Origin: the human T2T-CHM13v2.0 reference genome, Homo sapiens
DNA length: 64,000 nt
Assembly: GCF_009914755.1 (NCBI RefSeq)
Contig: NC_060929.1
Direction: 5' to 3' (one strand)
Shown: in pieces, positions 1-15,729 of the stretch
Layout: each line of letters starts with the position of its first letter
How positions within the stretch are numbered: the stretch's first letter is position 1
The notes under the pieces: generated by a model
The model's database searches: none
Told to the model about the DNA's origin: nothing
Seen by the model: the letters and a program-made list of their open reading frames with translations, nothing else
Position numbers and translations under genes: made by a program

Positions 1-144
1 GAACAATGTCTGACTGGAGGCAGGCTCTCAAGAAATATTTGTTGAATAAATGAACAGCACTGATGGAGAGGTTAATCTGAAAAAGACTGGATGTATTGTT
101 TCCTGGTACTGAATAAAGAAGATAAGGGTATGTGTGCACATTGA

Positions 145-640
145 TCAGGACATTTTTGGTTAGTAGTAAGAGAAACCGAGTTTAAACTGACTTAGGCAGA
201 AAAAGGGAATTTCCTGGCCCCTTTAACTAAAAAGTACAGAAGCAGCACCTTCAGGAATAGCTTGATCTAGGGATTCAGATGACGTCATTGGCTCCCTCTC
301 TTTCTTTTTTTTTCATCTCTTAGAGTTGTGATGGCTCCAGTCTCATGTAGGACCTATCCTCATGGTATAAGCATACTCGTGATTAATGCACAAACTTTAC
401 CCTCCTAGCTTAGTCATCCCAGCAGAATGTAAACTTCTCACTCTGAATCATTCCTGAGGTAGTTTCTCATTGGACACTCTTTGGCCCTGTATCTATTCAA
501 AACACAGTCATTCTGGCCAGGGAGATTGACTCTTTTTATTGAACACCCAAATTCAAAGGATATGATCACTCCCATTCAAAACAGACAAATTGAGTAGAGC
601 AAGTGTTTTCCCAAAGGAAAACTGAGTCACTATTACCGGA
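145..640 (-). mobile_element. Old MaLR LTR (MLT1J/K/L-like)
   Basis: ttggttagtagtaagagaaaccgagtttaaactgacttagg...tctcattggacactctttggcc pattern typical of MLT1 reverse strand. Confidence 0.6.
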
Positions 641-1329
641 AGAAAGGGACATGTATACTGAGCAAGCAAAACCTATGGAGGCCCTCTCTAGTGCAGGTGC
701 AAAAAGTGTATGGATTAAAAAATAGGAAGTTGTGAAAGATTTCCCCTAATGGCCTCCACGGGCTGCTGTGAAGGAGATGGTGAAGGTTTGAATGCATCTT
801 TGAAGTATATGGAAGATTAAATAAAAACAAGACAAAAAAGAAACCAAGACAAAAGACAAAGCTACTTTAGAAACTGCAGTGTTTTCATGATGGCACCAGT
901 CTTCACAGCTGCATGAGTTCTAGCTTCAAGCCACTTGAGGACTTGAAAAGGTAGAGAGTGGCATCATCACAGGGCTGGGGGCTTGCCAGGTGGGTGATGT
1001 GTAGCTAACAAATGGAAAGGTCAAGGACCTAGGAGTCTCAGGGGGCACAGAGCACGCATGAAGTGTGGGGGGCCAGAGGATGAGACATGAGCATTTTCAG
1101 CTTGTGACCAAGTGCAGGGAGTGAGGTTGAAATGGAGTGGAGGTAATGTTATGAAAGTTATGAGAGTTACAAAGGCCCAGGAATTTTGAGGTGTTTGGAT
1201 GAGTTGTTTAAATGGAAAAGGGATCTCTGAGAATGATGACAGGAGCTGGGGTGAAGAGGCAGATGAATGCTTTCCACACCTCAGTCTTGCCTTCATTTGC
1301 ACAACATTCACCGTGGAGGATATCTGTAG

Positions 1330-2605
1330 ACTGGCCAGCATCCATTCCCCTTCCCTCTGGAAAAATAACACCTCCTTTTTTTTTTTCCAAGAGAGCCACT
1401 CTGCCCTCATGTTTAGTTAGGCGGATCATTTGAAGCTGATCACACCTGGACTTCATAGTAGGTATGTGACAAGGCCTTAAAAGATATCATATTTTATTCT
1501 CCTGCCATAGTGATTGAATCAGGATGGACACATGACCCAAACTAGGCCAATTATTGAGACTATTGAGAAAGAGGACTTCTCTTTCTACCAGGATTGTTAA
1601 TCTACTATAAGTCTGGAGTTTCTAGAGACCTTCTCTGCAACATCAGCAGAAATGCTGTTTGAGAAGCCTATACAGAGTAAAATGGAGCTGAAAGAAAGAA
1701 AAAAAATGCCTAACAATATCACTGGTCATCTGGATTCAGCTGTTTCTGTAGTTCCAAATCTATCCTTAGGCTTTTAAGATACATAATCCAGAGACTTTTG
1801 CTATACTCCCTCTGAGAAAAGCTGAAAAAGCCAGACAAAAACCCTTTTTTCCTTTTTAACCTGTTTAAAAGTATTGGAAATCTGCTGAAACAACCAGAAC
1901 TAGAGGAGACAAGAGTCAGAGAGTAGGAAGTGTAAAAAAGTGATTTGGCATTGTGAAGCTACTTTCTCCTTGGGGAAAAAGTTTGTTGATTTGGCATGCA
2001 AAAAAAAAAAAAAAGAGAGAGAGAGAATGAGAATCCAGACTTTTCCTGGGCAGAGTTTACTCTGTTTGGGGACAGAGAAACCAACAGAGCTTTTGAATTC
2101 TGAAGCTAAACAGAAAGCCCTTTAAAAGCAGGATAGAGTTTTCGGCAATCTCACAGTGCTAGAGAGACAAGGATTGGAATTTTAGGCCTTACTAGGGGAA
2201 GGAAGTTCCAGTGAACACATCAGTCTCTCAACTGGCAGTCCTGGAGGACTAGAAACAAACAGTTAGATGGAACCTTACTAAAACTGTAACCTAGCCTTGA
2301 CTCACCTCAGTTTCATTAGATTAAGGTGATCAGCCCCCACTCTATCTGCCTAGCATAGGAAAGAGTGAAAGAATTTTTCTCTGGAAGAAGATAATATTAT
2401 CTAGAGATTCTACAATGTTTTGATACCATGTCTAGTGTTTAATCAAAAATTACTAGATATGCCAAGAAACAAGACCATATGATTGAAGACAAAGTGAAAT
2501 AATAAACTAAAGAAACAAACATGTGAGCCAATAAATTCCCTTTTTTGGCTTAGGCCATTTTGAGGTGGATTTTCATCATGATAGAAAGATTCCTAACTAA
2601 TATAC
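1330..2605 (+). mobile_element. MLT1-type LTR interrupted by an old L1 fragment (~1780-2520)
   Basis: ccagcatccattcccc...ggacacatgacccaaactaggccaat; 3' end gccaataaattccc...taactaatata; A-rich L1 5'/ORF1-like insert between. Confidence 0.5.
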
Positions 2606-2777
2606 TCACAGTCCTTCACTGTTCAGATCAGTCATCACAGCACCCATGGCAGAAATTGCACCATAATTTTCCTGTATATTTTGTCCAGATTTGAACTAGA
2701 ATAGTTTAGACTACAGTGTCCTAATTTTTCAATATTAAATTTCCATTACAAAAGTTGCCATATATTTAGGTTCCCTG

Positions 2778-3149
2778 TTACCTTAGTCTATTCAAGTTGC
2801 CATATTCAAGTTGCCAAATTATCTTAGGCTGGATGACATAAACAACAGAAATGCATTGCTCATGGTTCTGGAGGCTTGGAAATCCAAAATTAAGGCATTG
2901 ACAGATTCAATGTCTGGTGAGGGCCTGCTCTCTGCTTCATAGATAGCACCTTCTTGCTGCATCCTCATGTGGCAGAAGGGCAAACAAGGTTCCTCAGGTC
3001 TCTTTCAGGAGGGCACTAATCCCATCCACAGGGCCTCCACCCCTATGACCTAGTCATCTCCCAAAGGCCCCACCTCTTAACACCAATACACTGGGGATTT
3101 GATTTCAACCTATGAATGTATGGGGGACACAAATATTTAGACCCTAGCA
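2778..3149 (-). mobile_element. MaLR LTR (MST/MLT1A-like)
   Basis: aaacaacagaaat...ttctggaggc...ggcactaatcccat...gggggacacaaatatttagaccctagca. Confidence 0.8.
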
Positions 3150-3229
3150 CCTGTCCTTCAGCATCAATAGCAATAATGCTAGGAATTTATATGGAGCTTT
3201 ATCATTTATGAAATGCTTCACATATATTA

Positions 3230-3440
3230 CCAATAGTCAAAATCATATAGAATTCTTAAGGTAAATATTAGTATCTCCATTAACAGATGAGTAGCCTGAG
3301 TATGTGGTTATGTCATGGCTATAGATAAAGAAGCTGAAGATTAGAGGACATGCCCAAGGAAGTTAAATTACTTGCACAAGGTCACACAGAAGTGGCAGAG
3401 TGGAGTATTGAACCCAGGCTTCCTTGGTGCCTTCCAGGAC
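3230..3440 (-). mobile_element. MIR
   Basis: acttgcacaaggtcacacagaagtggcagagtggagtattgaacccagg MIR core. Confidence 0.65.
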
Positions 3441-3609
3441 TCCACAGGGCAATAAGTCCAGTAGCCCTTGATCCTGGTCCTAGCTCCCGCGTTTTATGGC
3501 TTCATAACCTTGAGATGGTCACTTCACCTCTCTATGCATGAGCATATTCATCTGCCCTCCAAGGCTGGGCCTATTGCCCTTGACCTTCCCGGCATTCTTC
3601 AAAATGTAT

Positions 3610-3800
3610 CCAGTTTGTTTCCAACTTTTAGACCAAGAAGATCTTAATATAAGATCTCTGGATTTCTATGTCAATGGATCCATTAGTACCATGGAATTAC
3701 AAGTAAATTTCATGTGAACATAGGGATGTGCATTTTGTGAGGGCACATCAGAGTCACAAAGGGTTCCATGACCCCAAAAGTTTAGGAATTCTGCCTTAGA
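3610..3800. mobile_element. hAT-Charlie-like MER fragment
   Basis: caaagggttccatgaccccaaaagtttaggaattctgcc resembles Charlie-type MER end. Confidence 0.4.
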
Positions 3801-4339
3801 GCCATTGCTAGATGAGCAGGGACATACGACGTGCCTTAACATGTTTCTCCTTCTCTGGTAGGATTTGCATTTGAACATGAACTTTCAATGCATAACCCAA
3901 GGTAATGACAAATGTCAGACATTTCCGTTATCAGGGCGGAGCTAATTCAGAGGATAGCTTGAAATGGGAAGTTTTCATTTCCTTCAATAAAAATAATACT
4001 CATAATAATAATGCCTATAGCACTTACAACAGATATATCTCAAATTTGTTTTTAATCATTACTAATCCTGACATTAAGAAAGGAACAGAAGTAATATCTC
4101 CCCCAGTGCATGGTTCCAAGAGGTTAAAAAAAATTGTATAAGTTCAGCAGTCAGTGCCTGGTCCCTTCTTTTTCTTTCCTCAAAGGCAAAGCCAGGATTT
4201 GAAATTGGGAGTTTCTAATTGCTGGCCATGTGGGTCCTTTATTCATCCCTGGAGTGGAATCAGTGCAGTGACAAAGGGGCAGAGTCCTAAGCACATATCT
4301 TCCCTCTGCCCACACTCAATAGGCAGCCCCATGTGGCAC

Positions 4340-5750
4340 CCCTCCCAAGATCCCATTCTCAGGCACAGAAGGATGGCAAAAGTAGCTGAGATCCACAGTA
4401 CGGCGTTAACAAATTGCATTTTCTTAAGGGCATCCATCCCCTTAAGAAAACATGCGTGTTTGTGGGCATGCTGGAGATTACTAATCAAGTGCAGCTGGCC
4501 TCAAGCTGACAGCCAGGACACACGTGTGCACACACACACATGCACACACGCGCGAGCGTTCACACACACATACACATGTTTAGCGGATGCCTGCTGCCAA
4601 TTTCTTGCCTGGCAAACCAGAAACATTTTAGTGGTTTATAAATATGAGCCCAATCCATCTTGGGACACTTCTCAGGTTCAAAGCCATCTGTGTCAGGTGC
4701 CCCCAGGGCTATGAATCCCTTTCCGTCCACACCCACACTCCACCCCAACCAGGCTTCCAAGTCCCATGATACACAGCAAACTCCTCAGCATCAAACATCT
4801 GAATTGGACAATTTCACAGCCTGCATCAGTCATGTCTTGATTAGTTCTTTTTTCTCTCCTGTTATTGAAATGTTATTTTTTCCGCTCACATACCACCACC
4901 TCTCGCCCCTCCCAAATCAGCCTGTTGGAAAAGATGTTTATTTTGCTTTTCTTTGGCATAATTTAATATCAGACAAGTGCATCCCTGATGCACACAGTAT
5001 ATTCTTGGGGCATACATTTGAGATTCTGGTTGATTAGAATTACAAATTTGTCATGCAGTCCTAGCCAATTTGGAATTTGGCACCCCGGCATCATGTTTAT
5101 GTCCTCTTGGCCTTGCCAGTGGTTGCTAGGACTGTCGGGGGGCTTTTTTCAGCAATAAGTTAGGATTTCATAAATAGTTGGCAGTGCTTTCAAAGAAGCC
5201 TGCTCTTTAACATGAGATAATGTATGTTTTCTTTCTACTTACTTGGAGTAGGTTGGATTGGGAGACACCCAAGTTCACTTTTAAATCATTTCTCCGCGTG
5301 CCAGACGCGGCTTTTGAAGTCGTCTGCACCAACCCACAGGGAAGCCAGCGCCCTGGCCCCAACGAGCGGCCCCACTGTGTGCCCTGTCGCCCATAACAGG
5401 AAGTGTGTCAGAGCCGGGTGGGCACGGGGTGGGTGGGGCAGGCCCACGGGGCTCAGTTCCACCGAGCGGAAAATCATCTGACGTGTCCTCGGTGTATGTG
5501 TCTGGAGCAGAAGCAGGTCAGATGTCGCCCTGGCCTCCAAGTCTCAACACGCCTCTCTGGTCTGCCCCGTTGGCCTTCAGAGGCGGCACATGGCATAACA
5601 GGAGGCTTTTTCAAAGTGCAGGCCACAGGAAATCACATTTGAAGTGCCTGGCATGGAGGGTATTTTTATACCGTTCACTTTTTCCCTTTTCTTTTCATCT
5701 GTTTTCTGCATTTTTTCAGTTTGCTTTTTCTTCTTGATTTATTGTTGTAT
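4340..5750. promoter_or_regulatory. Candidate developmental enhancer block
   Basis: Repeat-free, CpG-retaining (5290-5480), homeodomain/E-box motifs e.g. GATTACTAATC 4476-4486. Confidence 0.4.
4519..4578. repeat. Degenerate (CA/CG)n alternating purine-pyrimidine tract
   Basis: cacacgtgtgcacacacacacatgcacacacgcgcgagcgttcacacacacatacacatg. Confidence 0.85.
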
Positions 5751-6010
5751 TATTCTATTTTTAAACCAAGACATACTTTCCCATCAGACACTTTAATATA
5801 ACTCATATGAAAATTAGGGATGGGTGGACCTCAGACGGTGCAGAGGCTGGATTCAGTAGGAATCAGCTTCCCAAAGTGCAGATGCTTATCTGAATCTGCA
5901 CCAGCTGCTGGGGTCCAGGGGAGCAGAGCAAGGAGGAGAAAGGAAACCCTTCCATTCCTCCCTCACTAAGTAATCTGGGGCTCAATCGTGTGAGCCCCTG
6001 GCCCCGCCTT

Positions 6011-6054
6011 TTGCACATGTAACGAATGTCACTTGCACAGGTAACGAATGTCAC
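6011..6054. repeat. 22-bp tandem duplication
   Basis: TTGCACA(T/G)GTAACGAATGTCAC x2. Confidence 0.9.
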
Positions 6055-6739
6055 GAGTTGTCTGGACCCCTCTCGTGGCTAGGAAGTCACTGCTGACCTC
6101 CCCTTCGGTGTGGGAACACAGGTATTCCAGTAAGGATCATGAAATACCCAAGACACGAATACCCAAGAAAACCAGTCCAGCCCAACCCAGCTTGAGTACT
6201 GATGGCCCTTGAGCCAGATTTCCAAGCAGGATAGGGGGAGAGGTTGGGGCCATGCGCAACCCTCTTTGTGGCTCTTCCATGTACCAAGGAGGCCAACTCA
6301 ACCCTGAAGTCAGGGAGGCCTGAGCAGAAATTCCTGGTAGCCATGTGGCCGGGGCAAGCCTCTTTAACTCCCTCTGCCACAGGTATCTGTAAAATCAGAA
6401 TGAAATACTTCTAATCTAGAGTTGTAAAAACTAGAGAAAGCATTTGTTGAACAAATGGTAGGTGCTCCGTAAAGTAGTAGCTGGTCGCATGATTCCAAGA
6501 TCCATTCCCACCTTCTCCATTCAGCCTGAGTTCATCTCCTCTTCCCACATCTTCCAGCTGAGGACAGCAGTCTCCCTTTCATTTTTTCATGTCTCTCTCC
6601 CTACTCTGCCCAAATTGGAGAAATTGAGAACGGTAAGGACCATACACTGTGTAGCCTGGCAGTTAAAAACCAGACTTCAGAGGCCCAGCGTCTGCCTCCA
6701 CTGCGTCTTAGTGCACCGGCTCCTCTTTCCAGCCTGGGC

Positions 6740-7252
6740 TGTCCTCATAGAGCACAGCAAGTGTGGGCCCTGCAGTGACATCCCCGCTTCTGCCCTCTTA
6801 TTTCAGCCACAGCCACAGCAGACACTTCCGTACAAGATCACCTCGGGCTTGCAGCCTCCCACCTACCAGGTGCACTGCAGGACATTCTGCTCCCCGCCCC
6901 AAGAAATTTTCTGGCATGAAAGGGGCCTCTTAGAACCTTCTGTAAATGCAGCACAGAAGTGTAGGGCTAACACTCCTGGGGGCTGCCTTCAATCAATGGG
7001 GGCAAAAGCTGGCAGATAACCCTCCAGCCTCCCATCCTTCATGTAGGCAAGTCTGGGAGACATCTCGTGCACTTTTCTGAGACCCTAGGGGAATCAAGGC
7101 CCTGCTGCCTCCAGCCACAATCTCAGCAGCACACCTTGCATTGGCTTTTCCTCTTTCCCGCTTCCACTCTCCCTGCTCTCTCCCTCCTCCTTTCTGGGAG
7201 CACCTCCCAGATCTACTTGCACCTAAACCCTTGACTCAGGCTCTGCCTTCAG
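6740..7252 (+). mobile_element. ERVL-type solo LTR (LTR33-like)
   Basis: 3' part cattggcttttcc...cacctcccagatctacttgcacctaaacccttgactcaggctctgc typical of LTR33/LTR16 group. Confidence 0.6.
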
Positions 7253-7341
7253 AAGGCAATCTCTGCTCTTATAATGCTCATAAGCCAATCTCTGCTCTTA
7301 TAATGCTTATAAGGCAATCTCTGCTCTTATAATGCTTATAA
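7253..7341. repeat. 29-bp minisatellite x3
   Basis: AAGGCAATCTCTGCTCTTATAATGCTTAT at 7253, 7282, 7311. Confidence 0.95.
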
Positions 7342-7344
7342 TTT

Positions 7345-7840
7345 GGTGAGTGTAGAGAGACAGTAAGTAAATTAATAAACAACAAAGTCATCACATAATA
7401 TTAAATGGTACACAGAGAATTAATATCGGATGAGGTGAAAGAGGATGAGTAAAGGGCTACTTTATGCTGGGTGGTCGGGAAAGGTCTCTCTGAAGCCACA
7501 GGAAGGCACCATGCTTCTGACATTCAGGGACAGCTCATGTGGCAGCTGGAACAGCTGAGACGAGAGCCCTAGGATGAGAATGATCTTGGAACGGGATGAG
7601 AATGATCTTGGAACAGCCAAAAAACTTGAAGAAGGTCGGGGTGGTTGGCGCATGGGGATGGGGAAGAGAGTGGTCTAGGATAGGGTCAGAAAGGTAGACA
7701 GGGGCCAGGTCAAGTAGGTTTTAAATCTGACTTCTAGTGTGATTAAAGTAGATTAAAGATTTTAAATCTGACTTCTAGTATGATAGGGAGTCATTGTGAA
7801 CTATTAAGCAAGATAATGTGACACAATCTGCTTTACATTA
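7345..7840 (-). mobile_element. L2 fragment containing two small tandem duplications (7572-7614, 7719-7784)
   Basis: gggtggtcgggaaaggtctctctgaag...ggggccaggtcaagtagg...tgtgacacaatctg L2-like. Confidence 0.55.
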
Positions 7841-8289
7841 ATTAACCTCTTTGAACCCCAGTTTGCTCAACTGTAATTATCTAGAGCTCTGGTGGTAATG
7901 AGGATGGAATGGAATAAAGTGTGTAACGTGCTCAGCGCACAGCCTGGAACATTTTTGTTCCATATATATGTTTGTTATAACTACTATTATTCCTATTTTA
8001 AGTCCACTGCTTATTCTACAGTGCCCAGAACAAAGCAGGCATTTAAATATTTATTGGGTGGCTTAAAACAGGAATAATGAAGGTCAAAGAATTTGTTACA
8101 CTATAGACGATTTTAGGGTTCCACAGATTCAAATCATAGCTCTGCCACTTAGGAATACATTATTTCCCTCTTTTGGAAGACTTGCTTACATCCTCTGCAA
8201 AAGAGAGAAAATAATAGCTATTTCATTGGACTGTTGTATGATGATGCATTTATCACATAAGGTAGATATGGTTTCTAAAAGGTTGAGGG

Positions 8290-12155
<3,866 letters not shown>

Positions 12156-12349
12156 CAAAAGTTAACTTCTCTTGGTTCAAAGGATGACTGATACTCTGAT
12201 CCAATGACTGGAATGAATAACTCAGTTTCTCAGGAGCAGAGACCTCCTCTGTCTTTTTGCATTGCTGCATCTCCAGCACCAGCAGTGCCCAGCAAATCAT
12301 CCGCACTTGAACACCCATGCTTTCTGCCCTCCACATCTTAACCACGATT

Positions 12350-12910
12350 ATGATGCAAAACGTCTTCCTTCCTTCTCTCCAAATCCATCCACCTCACCTT
12401 CCCAAGGGTGCTGCCTAATTAACCAGTGCACCCAGAGCTCTCTCCTCTGTGCTTGCTTTCATATAACTCCAAAGCCATCCCCACAGCCTTCCTGCATAAA
12501 ACCCCAGCTGCCTAACTGGACGTCCAGGCTCCAGCATGATCAGACCCCTCCTGCCCTCTGTGACTTTGTCTTCCACCACTGCCCTCCTGCAGCCAGTCTA
12601 AACTATTTGCAGTTCCTCAAATGCCCCATGAGGGCTCCCTGACATCGCATAAGCTATTCCCCAGGCTGGCCTGTAACACCCTCCCCATGCCTTTCTTACT
12701 AGCGCATTTCATTAAGATTTAACTCCTTCAGAGGCCCTCTTTGGGGGCCCCCTCCGTAGACCTCAGGCTGGGGCCCTCCTCCATGTTCCCTGGTATCTGC
12801 CATAACACTTATACTATAGTGTGACAGTCTGCCTACAGTCTGCAGACTGTGAGCTCCTTGAAGTCAAATTGGGTCATCTATGTCTGTGCCCACAGTGCCC
12901 AGCAGTGTGC
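12350..12910 (+). mobile_element. L2 3' region (resumes ~13740-13790)
   Basis: agactgtgagctccttgaag...gtgcccacagtgccc / cagtgcctggcgcgtagtgggtactcatataaatatttg. Confidence 0.65.
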
Positions 12911-12962
12911 CCTCAAATCTCCATTCCCTAAGGCCCTATAAGTGCCCTTTGCTAATATCCCC

Positions 12963-13282
12963 TTTTATTTATTTATTTATTTATTTTTATTATACTTTAG
13001 GTTTTAGGGTACATGTGCACATTGTGCAGGTTAGTTACATATGTATACATGTGCCATGCTGGTGGGCTGCACCCACTAAATCGTCATCTAGCATTAGGTA
13101 TATATCCCAATGCTATCCCTCCGCCCTCCCCCCACCCCACCACAGTCCCCAGAGTGTGATATTCCCCTTCCTATGTCCATGTGATCTCATTGTTCAATTC
13201 CCACCTATGAGTGAGAATATGCGGTGTTTGGTTTTTTGTTCTTGCGATAGTTTACTGAGAATGATGATTTCCAATTTCATCC
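12963..13282 (-). mobile_element. 5'-truncated young L1 (L1PA2-like) 3' end
   Basis: Near-identical to L1PA2/L1Hs 3' UTR reverse; lacks Ta ACA diagnostic (reads GAT); TSD ATCCCCTTTTA at 12957-12967 and 13279-13289. Confidence 0.9.
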
Positions 13283-13355
13283 CCTTTTAAGATACTATGA
13301 GACTCTCTGACGGTGGTGCTCTTCCTTGCCCAACAAGTTTGATAAATCTGGCTTA

Positions 13356-13672
13356 GGCCAGGTGCAGTGGCTCACACCTGTAATCCTAGCACTTTGGGAC
13401 GCCGAGGCAGGTGGATCGCCTGAGGTCAGGAGTTCGAGATCAGCCTGGCCAACATGGTGAAACCCCACCTCTACTAAAAATACAAAAAAAAAAAAATTAG
13501 CCAGGCGTGGTGGTGGCAGGTACCTGTAATCCCAGCTACTCGGGAGGCTGAGGCAGGAGTATTACTTGAACCCAGGGAGCAGAGGTTGCAGTGAGCCGAG
13601 ATTGCGCCACTTCACTCCTGCCTGGGCAAAAGAGCGAGACTCCGTCTCAGAAAAAAAATAAACAATAAACAA
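13356..13672 (+). mobile_element. AluS
   Basis: Full Alu; TSD AAA(T/C)CTGGCTT. Confidence 0.95.
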
Positions 13673-14070
13673 CAAACCTGGCTTGGTATGGTCAACAAAT
13701 TCTCCGAGTGGTCTTCGTATGGAACTTCGGGAGAACCTAAGGCAGTGCCTGGCGCGTAGTGGGTACTCATATAAATATTTGAGAGAAGGAAGTGAAGGAG
13801 AAAGCAGGGGGTGAGATTGAGTATGTGGACCAATAATGAATGCATGGGTTAAAAAACTGACATTTTGTTATTATTAGTGATTTTTTAAGGGTACAGGGAA
13901 GGGTAGTTTGAATTGACAAATACGTATTTACCTTACTTTAGCTTAGAGGTAGCCAACCTATTTCCCAGCTTAATCTATTATTTTAGAGGCAGAAAGTTAA
14001 CTTGCTTATCCTGAAAAGAAGTGCAAATATATCCCAAAAGTGCCATTCTTTCATTCATCCACTCAAACAG

Positions 14071-14073
<3 letters not shown>

Positions 14074-14104
<31 letters not shown>
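14074..14104. repeat. (CA)n microsatellite
   Basis: ~15 uninterrupted AC units. Confidence 0.95.
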
Positions 14105-14110
<6 letters not shown>

Positions 14111-15404
14111 CACCCCTTGGTAGTGTACAGTCTCTGAGTTGTAAAAAATAGTCATTCCTTTCTGCTTGAAAGACTGTATTAGCTACTCAGGGAATACTAG
14201 CCCTTTCCTTGGACTCAAAAAAGTATTTTATCCATTAAAATCTAACCAGGGTGTAGTAACCATAAAAATCCAGCCACTCTGGTAGGAAGACGGATATCCT
14301 CAAAGATTTATGTCTGGCCGTCTCAAAGAAAATGTGTAAGATGGAGTTTTCTCAGAGACTTCCTGGCTGCACTCCACCCCACACATAATTTCTGTTTGTA
14401 TAAACCTCAGATCAAAATTCAGGAAGGGTTAAGGGAAACCTTTCTGAACCACAGGTTATGTCTGCTCACCATCCTCAGTTGACCGTTTGGAATGAATTAA
14501 CCAGTCCCTAACCAGCCTATGACTGCTTCTTGGATGGAATTAACCAACCTCTTCAGTCCAAATGGTTGAACCATTTAGGGTCTCAGATTCCATCCAGATG
14601 TGGGGTGAGGGTTTAGGTCACAAACTATATTCAGAGTCATTTGCATATTTTTATTATTGTGGTGAGAGATAATGAAAACACACCACTTTATTAGTTTCAG
14701 GATATGGTGAAGACCATTGGAAACACCAGCATTCGGGAAGGGGTGGAGAAGGAGGTGTGACTATTTTGAATGAACCTGAAAGAAAATACTTCCCGAACCT
14801 TCTTTCAGAAGGCGATTTCAGTTCCAATTTTTCATAAGGTTGGAAAAAGTTAAGCAAACTAGAACTATAGACACTTGTTTATAGAAGGTTTTTCTCTTTA
14901 ATTACTGTTTTTGTTTCATGAAAGAAAAGTCTCATAAAATAAAAGCTCGTTTTGGGTTCAGCGAGGCAGCGAGACTCCTGAGAACGCCACAAAAGGGCTG
15001 ACTTGACCTTGGCCAGCCAAGGAGTCCTGACGACTTGAACGTCTATGTATTTCCACAGCAAGGTATGTGCCTTTCCCACCCTCCACCCTAAAGGTCTCTC
15101 CATACATTTGAGACAGTTTTAAAAATCTGAACTGTGGGACCGTCTGGTCGCTGGCAAGCATTCCAGACAAGTGGTTTTCTCAGAAGCCAAGTTCTGGTTT
15201 GACTCTTTGATTGGAAAAGTATCTATTTCACTAAGGGTGATAGGCCCCTGGATGCATTCTCACCAAGAAACCCATAAACCAATACTTGAAATGCCAGCAG
15301 CGAGTTGTAGGGAATTCTTTTGGTTTGCCTTCAAGGACACAAAACATCGCAAAGGTCTTCTCTTTGGCAGAGAGGGGCCTGGCGTGGAGAGCTGGCCCAG
15401 GGAG

Positions 15405-15590
15405 TATGTGGAAAGAGTCAGATGTGGGAGTCAACAGACCTGGGTTCGAATCCTGACTCTCCTGCCAGCAAGCTGGTTCTGACCTTAGGCGGGTCTCTTC
15501 GGTTCTCTTGAGTCCGACTTTCCTCATCTGTAGAATGCGGACATTGACCTCAGTCTCAGGGAGGTGGTGGGGGCTCAATGAGATGATACT
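15405..15590 (+). mobile_element. MIR
   Basis: agacctgggttcgaatcctgactct...tttcctcatctgtagaatg. Confidence 0.75.
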
Positions 15591-15686
15591 CCCATGATTC
15601 CTTCCACCATGACTGGTGCACAGCAAGGGCTGGATAAACACCAGTCTTACGTCCACCATGGTAGAGCACTGGAGATGCACGACCTT

Positions 15687-15729
15687 TGAGGTCACTGAAT
15701 CCCTTCCTCTGAGGTCACTGAATCCCTTC
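15687..15729. repeat. 23-bp period tandem duplication
   Basis: TGAGGTCACTGAATCCCTTC at 15687 and 15710. Confidence 0.9.

Noticed and set aside
4154-5037. 186-aa and 125-aa ORFs
   Set aside because: Non-ATG starts, cross a CA repeat, no recognisable protein features; region looks regulatory
5290-5480. CpG island promoter
   Set aside because: CpG-rich patch is under ~200 bp with no downstream exon evidence; treated as enhancer-like
6462-7019. 185-aa ORF
   Set aside because: Non-ATG start, runs into LTR33-like repeat, no domain or splice context
7253-7341. 29-bp repeats as a CRISPR array
   Set aside because: Head-to-tail with no spacers, eukaryotic context, no cas genes
14654-14857. Possible coding exon on either strand (acceptors at 14700 + and ~14776 -)
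   Set aside because: Open frames are short and resemble nothing I recognise; no partner exons found
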